Below are positions 56,335-64,000 of a stretch of 64,000 nt of DNA, piece after piece. The DNA is from Octopus vulgaris (taxonomy: Eukaryota), in contig CATOCA020000020.1 of NCBI GenBank assembly GCA_951406725.2, positions 9,001-73,000 on the forward strand. The letters run 5' to 3'. The notes beneath the pieces were generated by a model that searched no databases, had not been told where the DNA came from, and saw nothing but the letters and a program-made list of their open reading frames with translations. Positions within the stretch are counted from its first letter, which is position 1. Every line of letters starts with the position of its first letter. The position numbers and the translations under genes were made by a program.

Positions 56335-56373
<39 letters not shown>
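56335..56373. repeat. (TAA)13 microsatellite, not part of the element consensus
   Basis: Interrupts the degraded ORF2 at the SPG motif. Confidence 0.9.
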
Positions 56374-56374
<1 letters not shown>

Positions 56375-56513
56375 TAATTTCAATGCCAGACTTGATGATG
56401 ACCTGTTGGCAAACGTCATAATAACTGGCAGCAAAATCAGTGGCGTTGCTGTTTGTTGATGAAAATAGCAATTGGTCGATGAAAATGTTAATTGTGACGA
56501 TAACAGAAGGATG

Positions 56514-56542
56514 CACACACATACACACACACACACACACAC
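56514..56542. repeat. (CA)n microsatellite
   Basis: cacacacatacacacacacacacacacac; absent from clean units. Confidence 0.85.
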
Positions 56543-57211
56543 TAACATACGATGGACTCACATATCCGGCACACATCACTCTGCTCAATAGCAGGAACAG
56601 TCATAGGGTGTGGAGTGCCTCTAGCCAAGAGAGGCGCGCGCGCGCGTGTCTACGTGGACAAGCTGTGTGCATGTGGGCATGTGCTTAGCAGACATGCGCC
56701 GTGCCGACCAGGTCGATACACAGCAACCTCTTGCATGCAACTGACATCATAGTTCCAGAGGGTGGGTAACGACCGCACTTGTCACTCAACTTGGATCAGA
56801 GTAAACGTGTGTATGTTGTGAACGTCGACCATCGGTACCTGGCAGCTGTCCTCAAGGCAGCCGGCTTCTGATCCAGTGTGGAGTGTGTTCGTGCGATCGC
56901 TGCTTTACTGCAGCAACATCCCTCGGTGGTACTGTGAACGGTCACCTTTCCGAACCGTTTTACATATCGCGTTCGGTCCGCCAAGGATGCACTCTCTCCT
57001 CCCTCTTGTACATGTGTTTGTGACTCTCGAGTTTACGCAAGTTGGACGGCTTTGAAGGGCAAAAGGGTCCTACATGTTGCATTTGGTGAAGTATAGCGTG
57101 TCTGCTTTATTGCCGACGACAAGGTCACCGTGCTAAGCCACAGATATGACAAACAATTGGCCTGATTGGCGGACGCTAAACCAGTACGAAGCGGATGACA
57201 GAAATTAACGC

Positions 57212-57348
57212 GTCGATTAAAGTCTGACCCCAGTGCATAACTGGAGAGGCAAGCCCAATTTATCGTAGGGCGCTGGACCCCGAACGGATGAAAGCCTGCA
57301 AAAAGATCGACCTCGGCAGAGGTGGATTTGAACTCAGAACTGGGTAAC
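57212..57348. mobile_element. Remnant of a SINE-like interspersed repeat (octopus-type by recollection)
   Basis: Ordered words gtcgatta...gaccccagtgcataactgg...gaccccgaacggatgaaag...tcgacctcggc...gatttgaactcagaac are absent from the element. They match my recollection of an abundant Octopus repeat; not verified by search. Confidence 0.55.
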
Positions 57349-58236
57349 GGCAGGTGACGCAGGGTGGCACGGCTACCTATTTCGAAATGGGCCCAGCGAG
57401 AGGAAGCTGTCCGATATCTCAGAAAGCATCACAATGAGGGTGGCGAACTGCGTACATCGAATGTTTCATCTTTTACCCTTGACCGTCCCTGAAATTGCCC
57501 GACCGCTGAATGGCCAAGCTCGTAATAACTCTCTCATTCCCTTACATGCCTTTGTGGAAGATGTGCCACTGGTCTAGGCGATCCATACAATGCCTTCGGC
57601 GACGCTGAACGGAGGCCTTGGAATGCCGTGGTTTGCTTGTTGCGCATGACATGCGATAAACCTGCGGCATATGTACGCTTCTAGACGGTGAAACAGGTGT
57701 GGTCGTCTTTTGTCAGACGCGATTAATTCCGCAGCTCATAAAAATTCCATGACCTGAATCAATACGGTAATTAGGGTTGTTTTACTGGTTTTGATATTTA
57801 GTGATTGGCACCTCCGTAACCCTCTGGTGCGGCGGGCAATGCGGTCGGTTACAAGGCTTCTACTCTAGCGTTCTATAGAGGGTTAGTGGAGGAAAAATGC
57901 GACGACGTTCTCGGGAAACTCTAGGCGTTAAAGACGAGCTGAACTGTGCGGTCTGAAACTTCTGGGAGGACTTTCCGGGCCGAGGCCGATGGATAGTATT
58001 CAGAGGTCTCTCGCCTGCCCGGTGCTACCGGGGGGCTCTGCCTGTTCGAGATAAATACCGGCACAGTGCCGTCAGCCAGGCCTGCCCGAGGTGTTGCCAT
58101 GTGACGATAGCACTCGTCCAGTGCCCGAGTATGAAATCGTTAATGTCGATACAGCAAGTGTAGAACGGAAGACGAATCCATAGTGAAGATTGCCCCGCCG
58201 ATGTTTGGGTAACAAGGAGGGCGAGGCCGTTTTATT

Positions 58237-58464
58237 GTGGTTGTGGCTGTGGCGAAAGAAGTCGTGTGGTGGACTCGTTTGAAAGGGCTAAAGTCAGACA
58301 CTTTCCTCTTTGGTCAAGGCCTCATCAACTTTTTCAAGTTTCACTTGAAAAGGAAGATGAGGTTAGAGAGGAAAGTGCTGTCCGATAGCAAGTTTTATGA
58401 AAGGTGGGTGAATTGTGCGAGACTGGCCTGTATAAATGGACCAGTTCTCAGGTTTCGCCTGTGA
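58237..58464 (+). CDS. ORF2 C-terminus of the inverted unit
   Basis: VAVAKEVVWW...GPVLRFRL* matches the ORF2 end. Confidence 0.85.
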   Translation: MVVAVAKEVVWWTRLKGLKSDTFLFGQGLINFFKFHLKRKMRLERKVLSDSKFYERWVNCARLACINGPVLRFRL

Positions 58465-58735
58465 TTTCAAAGAAAAAGGTAATGTAAAAGGAGAAGAAAG
58501 GGGACTCTCTACACCCCCTTTTTTTGACCAGGCTCCCGTTGGCTTTTGTAGGGTTTTTTCCACCGGGAACATTTCGAGACGTCTCCCCCTTTTGGGAGTT
58601 TTTCATTGTTGAATTTTAATAATCATTGTTATAAAGATTTTTACTCGATGTTTTTAAAAAAACGGACAAAACCCTTTGTAACCTTTCGTCCTGTCTTGTC
58701 CCTTTATGTAATCATGCGTGTCAGCCCTTGTGGCC

Positions 58736-58769
58736 AATAAAAAAAGAATTGATTATTATTATTATTATT
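58736..58769 (+). terminator. AATAAA + (ATT)6 3' end/junction on the plus strand
   Basis: aataaaaaaagaattg(att)6 followed by ccttccgacg. Confidence 0.8.
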
Positions 58770-58993
58770 CCTTCCGACGCCGATGGACGTACGTGAATCA
58801 GCTCTGTGAGTTTTGTGCCAATTTTTGTTGGAAATTTTTTAATAAGCTTGAATATTTTTTAATATTTTTGTAGCCAAACCGACCGGCTTCTTGCGGAGCT
58901 CGTCGGTTGGGCGAAATTTTGCCCCATTCGGGGTGAAATTACTGTCTATCCTTTTGAAATTGACATTTTTTTTGCAAATACACACATTACAAA

Positions 58994-60880
58994 ATGGCAC
59001 CTAAAACGAGCTGCTGGCTCTTCCTCCTTCTTGCAACACCCCCCCTACAAGAACAAAAAAAAATAACGTCACGGGTTACGTACAACCATTTCAGGCCGTA
59101 AAAGGCAACAAAGCTCTCCTCCTTCCGAACCGGAGAGCACGCGCTCGGTTCAAAAGGAGAATGCATGCCAGGACGTCGCGTTCGACGTCACTCTTGATTT
59201 CCCCCCTCTGCCTTCAACAAGTGATGCTGTACCGAAGGGGGAGGTAAAGAAAATTATAACAGACACAAACACAGACAAGAACCAACAAAAAACTGTAAAA
59301 GCTTCTAACGATTTTGCTTCTGCTGCGAAGCAAATTTCGGAAGATGTAGAAATTACAATGGAGGACATAAAAATGGCACAAGATTTGTTGAGAAAGGAGG
59401 GGAACAGTGTTTTCCTCAACACACCTCAACAACTCACACAGAAACAAGCAAAAGAACAATCTTTTATAAAGTCTTCGAAAAAGAAAACTAAAGATTGTTT
59501 AACGCCACACCACAACAGTTGGAGATGGCTCTGAAGCCCATTTGGGGCCAGAAGAGCTATGTGACAAGAGGGAAGCGATTTGGAACCGTGGAGGTTCGCT
59601 TCCCAACAGAGGAGCTTGCAAGGGCAAACGCCATTTCGCCCTTGCAAAATGAACATTTGTTCCTCGTCCCGACGTACCTCGGGCGTAAGGTACAAAAAAT
59701 AACCATAAGCACAATACCCCCCGAACAGAAAATCTCATGGCTAGTGGCGGCTGTCCTCTATGGCATAGAGGACACTGCCACTATTCTGAATGTTCGGAGG
59801 GTACGAGAAAAGAACTGGTCAGGCATGGGTATTCAACTGCTGGTACAGATCCAGCAGGAAAACATCAATGCCATACCTGACTTTGTCATCTTGCTGGATG
59901 GGACCAGGCTAAATGTTATTGTAGAGGGCGAAAGCCAAAATGTTTCCTCTGCAGTAGCGAAAGCCACCTAAAAGGGACTGCCCCATTCAAAAAAAAAAGA
60001 GAATGGAGGAGTATAGCAAGAGGCAGCAGCAACAACAACAACAACAACAACAACACAAGCAACAACAACAGAAACAACAAAAACAGCAAGAAAAACCAAA
60101 GGCTGCCACACCACCAACACCATCACCAACACCAGCACCAAGACGAACAACACCACCTCCAACAACAACAACCACCACCAAACCAACACCGACAACCACC
60201 ACCAAACCAACACCGACACCAGTACCTCGAAGGTCGACAGCAGCGACATCAACAGTAACAGGAGCAGCGGCACCACAGATACCGGCGGAACCAGAAACTT
60301 TTCGTCCTGCTACTGAAGCAGACCCCTCAACCATTCCTTTGCCGGATGAAGAGATCTCGGATTGTGCGAGCTCGGATTCCAACAAAGGAGAATGGAATAT
60401 AGTACCTCCAAAAAAAGAAAAGGAGGAAAAAAACAAAAAGTTTTACAGGGGAAGCACGAACAAATAGTACTTCCCAACATCAACAACAACATCAACAACA
60501 ACACACACTCACAACAACAAACAACAACAACAACACTTTCGACACCACTACTGCCACTACCACAGACACAAACAAACACAGACACAATTACAGACACGAT
60601 TACAGCAGTGAATACAAGAAACCAGGAACTGGTTGAGTATTTGAAAAACAAAACAAGCACAAACATTACAGATTTCATAATACCTACACACAACACACCA
60701 CCAGCACACATTCTCACAATAAAAATAAACAAAACAGTGTACAATGAAATAAAACAAATATTCCCTAACGATGTGGGATCGTTAGGGAAAAGTTTCTCTC
60801 AGAAACTTTACAAAAATATTATTGAAGCACCCGTGCAAAAGCACAAGGGAGCCACCCCCACCACCAACAACAGTAAGTAG
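58994..60880 (+). CDS. ORF1 (multiple frameshifts)
   Basis: ATG at 58994; ORFs 59495-59971, 60003-60467 and 60362-60880. Confidence 0.78.
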
Positions 60881-60922
60881 AGCCTTTTTCTCCTTTTTTT
60901 TTTTTCCCCTAATTCTTGAGAC

Positions 60923-63900
60923 ATGGCAAATCTTAGAATCGGTTGCTTGAATGTGAGAGGCCTCGGGTCACCTTGGAAACAGGGTCACCTGTTAAACGAC
61001 CTGAGGTTTCATGATGTGGATATAGCAGCCATCAGTGAAACAGGCTCTCCGACCCGCAGGAACTCGCAGCCCTTTTCGGCGGATACGAGATATTTCTATC
61101 TCCGTGTCGGCCGGGAGCAGGGCGGTGGTGGTACTGCGGTGTTGTTTCGGAAGGGCCTGGACCTGAAAATAGAACAGTCTTCTTGGATCCGGAAGGTAAG
61201 TTGGTGGTCCTCGACGTGGACGGTAGTGACGGCGGTGCTTTCAGACTGCTGGCTGCCTACGCTCCGACAGGAGCAGGGCAGTCGGATTATTTCAAACGTC
61301 TGGAAGTTTTCCTGGGAACGTCACGCACTCTAGTACTAGTTGGGGATTGGAACGCTGTCTTAGACGAACGTTTCGATCGGGTGGGCAGGGGAGCGTCTGT
61401 TAGGAGAGGGGGTGGGTGCAAGAGCCTCGCCAACCTACTCGGCCGCTTTCAGCTGTCCGACAGGTTTCGACTAGACAACCCGAATGTGCCAATGTGGACT
61501 TGGACAAACCGCATCGGGTCGTCTAGATCGTACTTAGATAGAGTGTTTTGTAGGCCAGCGGATAAGGACAGCGTAGGGTGTCCACAATTCCACCTAGTCG
61601 AATATACGGACCACAAATTAGTGATCTGTACGGTCGACTTAGATAGGCTACATAGACAGGGACCCGGCTACTGGAAGCTGAACGCGTCGTTAACGGCGTG
61701 CAAAGCTTACAGAGACCGGATTAGTTTACTAGTTAAGCGGGCGCTCACGGGGGCAATCATCAACAACAACTGGTGGTTTGCCCTCAAGAGAGCAATTAGA
61801 GTAGAGTCGATTAGGTATAGTAAGACTCTAGCTATTGAACGTAGGAAGAGAGAGCGGGATTTAGTTAAGAAACTAGACGAGGCTCTTGACACTGGCATCG
61901 CGACCGACGTGTTGGCGGCAAGGTTGGCCCTCGACCAACACTTCGACGCCAAACACGAAGGCTGCGTTGTCAGAGCTAAGGCACGTTCGCTAAGCGGGGA
62001 GGGGACTAGAGCCGCTCGATGGGCCCGCGTGGCGGAGGCGAAGCGAGGCAACAGAGCAACCATTCGGTCTTTGGTGGACCAGAACGGGCGCGAGGTTACC
62101 CAACCGAAGCAGATGTGTACGGTGCTTCAGCGGCACTTTGCTCAACTGTTTGGGACGAGCGGTGGAACGGACACCAACGGTACAGACTTCGGTGTGTACC
62201 TGGACGGACTGCCGCAACTCTCGGACAGCGAGGCAGAGTGCTGCGAAGGACCGATATCTGCCTGGGAAGTACAGGAAGCGATGAAGAGTTGCACGAGAGG
62301 TAGATCGCCGGGTTTGGATGGTCTGCCCTACGAGCTTTACTTTTCAATGCCAGACTTGTTTGCGGACCTGTTGGCAAACGTCTACTGCAACTGGCAGCAA
62401 AACGGGAGAATTCCTGCTTTTGTCTGTCGAGGGGTGGTGGCTTTGCTAAAGAAGGACCCAAACAAGGGGGACGTTATAGGCAATTTCCGGCCCATCACTC
62501 TGCTCAATGCAGAGTTGAAGATTTTGGCCAAGGTGCTAGCCAAGAGATTGGCGCTTGTCGTGGACAAGCTGGTCGGCGGGACGCAGACATGCGCCGTGCC
62601 GACCAGGTCGATACACGACAACCTCCATCTCATGCGCTACATCATAGAGAGGGTGGGTAACGACGCTGGCGCGGGTGGGGCTTTGATCAACTTGGATCAG
62701 AGTAAAGCCTTCGATAGGGTCGACCATCGGTACCTGGCAGCTGTCCTCAAGGCAGCCGGCTTCGGTCCAGTCTTCCGCGGGTGGATCGCTGCTTTATACA
62801 GCAACATCTGCTCGGTGATACGGGTGAACGGTCACCTTTCGGAACCGTTCGACATCTCGCGTTCGGTCCGCCAAGGATGCCCTCTCTCCTCCCTCTTGTA
62901 CATTTTGACTCTCGAGCCATTACTGCGCAAGTTGGAGGCTTTGAGGGGCATCCCGCGCGATCTAGGAGGCGGAAACAGCGTGTCTGCTTATGCCGACGAC
63001 GTCACCGTGGTGGTGTCGAGCCACAGGCACATTGGCCTGATTGGCGAGACGCTAAACCAGTACGAAGCGGTGACAGGGGCAAAGATTAACGCGGAAAAGT
63101 CTGTGGGCTTGCAACTGGGCACCTGGAGAGGCAAGCCCATGCCGTCCAACAGCGTCGTAGGGCGCTGGACAGACGGACCCGTTAAACTGCTCGGGGTCTG
63201 GTTCGGTCCGGACCTCCAGGTGGATAAGAACTGGGAGAGAGGTGACGAGCAGGGTGGCACGTCTCACCCAGAAATGGGCCGAGAGGAAGCTGTCCCTGAA
63301 GGTCGGCGGAGGTGGCGAATGCGTACATCGCATCCGTCATCTATTACCGCTTGACCGTCGTCCCTTGTCCCGACCGCTGGTTGGCCAAGCTGGTACACCT
63401 GCTCTTCGACTTTTTGTGGAAGGGTCAGGTGCCACTGGTCAGGCGATCCATCTGCTGTCAACGACCGCTGAACGGAGGCCTTGGAATGCCGTGGTTGCTG
63501 TTGCGCAGACATGCGCTCAGGCTGCGGCATCTCAAGCGCTTCCTAGACGGTGAACAGGTGTGGTCGTCTTTTGTCAGACGCGATTTTCCGCAGCTCGTCT
63601 CTTTGACGGAGCTGCAGACCTGGATCAAACGTAGACCGAGAAAGGGCGCTTGGCACCTCGAGTGCCGTCAAGCCCTCTCCGCCCTCCACCAGGCGGGCAA
63701 TGCGGTCGGTTACAGCTCCACTCTAGCGTTCTATAGAGGGTTAGTGGAGGAAAAATGCGACGACGTTCTCGGGGAAACTCTAGGCGTTGAAGACGACGAA
63801 CTGAGCGGTCTGTTCGGGAGGACTTTCGGGCCGGGGCCGATGGATAATTTCCAGAGGTCTCTCGCCTGGCAGTGCTACCGAGGGGCTCTGCCTGTTCGAG

Positions 63901-64000
63901 ATAAACTCTACCGGCACGGAAGTGCCGTCAGCCGGGCCTGCCCGAGGTGTTGCCAGGACGACGAAACCGTTCTGCACGCACTCGTCCAGTGCCCGAGTAT
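60923..64000 (+). CDS. ORF2 APE-RT (several frameshifts), truncated by window end
   Basis: ORFs 60923-61333 and 61183-63354, plus downstream homology to the C-terminal region. Confidence 0.85.

Larger units (their letters stand above)
53970..58230 (+). other. Low-quality inverted copy of the element (ORF1 C-half + ORF2) interleaved with other sequence; probable assembly or consensus artefact
   Basis: Dense indels. Plus-strand element words alternate with minus-strand continuation words (ttttaggtgg 53991, agcagttgaataccca 54121, tcaatttcaaaagga 55311) and with non-element DNA. Confidence 0.8.
58770..64000 (+). mobile_element. Tx1-like LINE, plus-strand unit, runs off the window end
   Basis: Reverse complement of the minus-strand units. 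Confidence 0.93.

Noticed and set aside
53980-57000. Novel ORFs in the degraded region (e.g. 53980-54693, 55887-56459 with poly-Ile)
   Set aside because: They are chimeric products of interleaved strands and microsatellites, not credible genes.

Overview
The window is almost entirely a head-to-tail tandem array of one ~5.87 kb eukaryotic non-LTR retrotransposon of the L1/Tx1 group. Each unit has a ~220-nt 5'UTR, a ~625-aa gag-like ORF1 (single CCHC knuckle, polyQ and P/T-rich tracts), a 38-42-nt spacer, a 1144-aa ORF2 (APE endonuclease, reverse transcriptase, C-terminal Cys/His motif) and a ~280-nt 3'UTR ending in AATAAA plus an (ATT)5-6 tract. From 1 to ~53970 there are 8 complete and 2 partial near-identical units on the minus strand. 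They have no 5' truncation and no spacer DNA, and the junctions are identical apart from tract length (sense ...AATAAAAAAGAATTG(ATT)5-6CCTTCCGACG...). Five units carry an intact ORF2. At ~53970 the orientation flips. 53970-58230 is a corrupted mirror image of the preceding unit, interleaved with the minus-strand continuation and with non-element DNA (microsatellites, a SINE-like remnant that I recall as octopus-type). This looks like a fold-back read or polishing artefact rather than a real palindrome. Clean plus-strand element sequence resumes at ~58230. The main points of interest are the precise full-length LINE array joined through (ATT)n, a candidate ~45-nt intron that would fuse ORF1 to ORF2 in frame, hairpins before the ORF1 stop and in the 5'UTR, and a possible promoter that uses the neighbour's tail.
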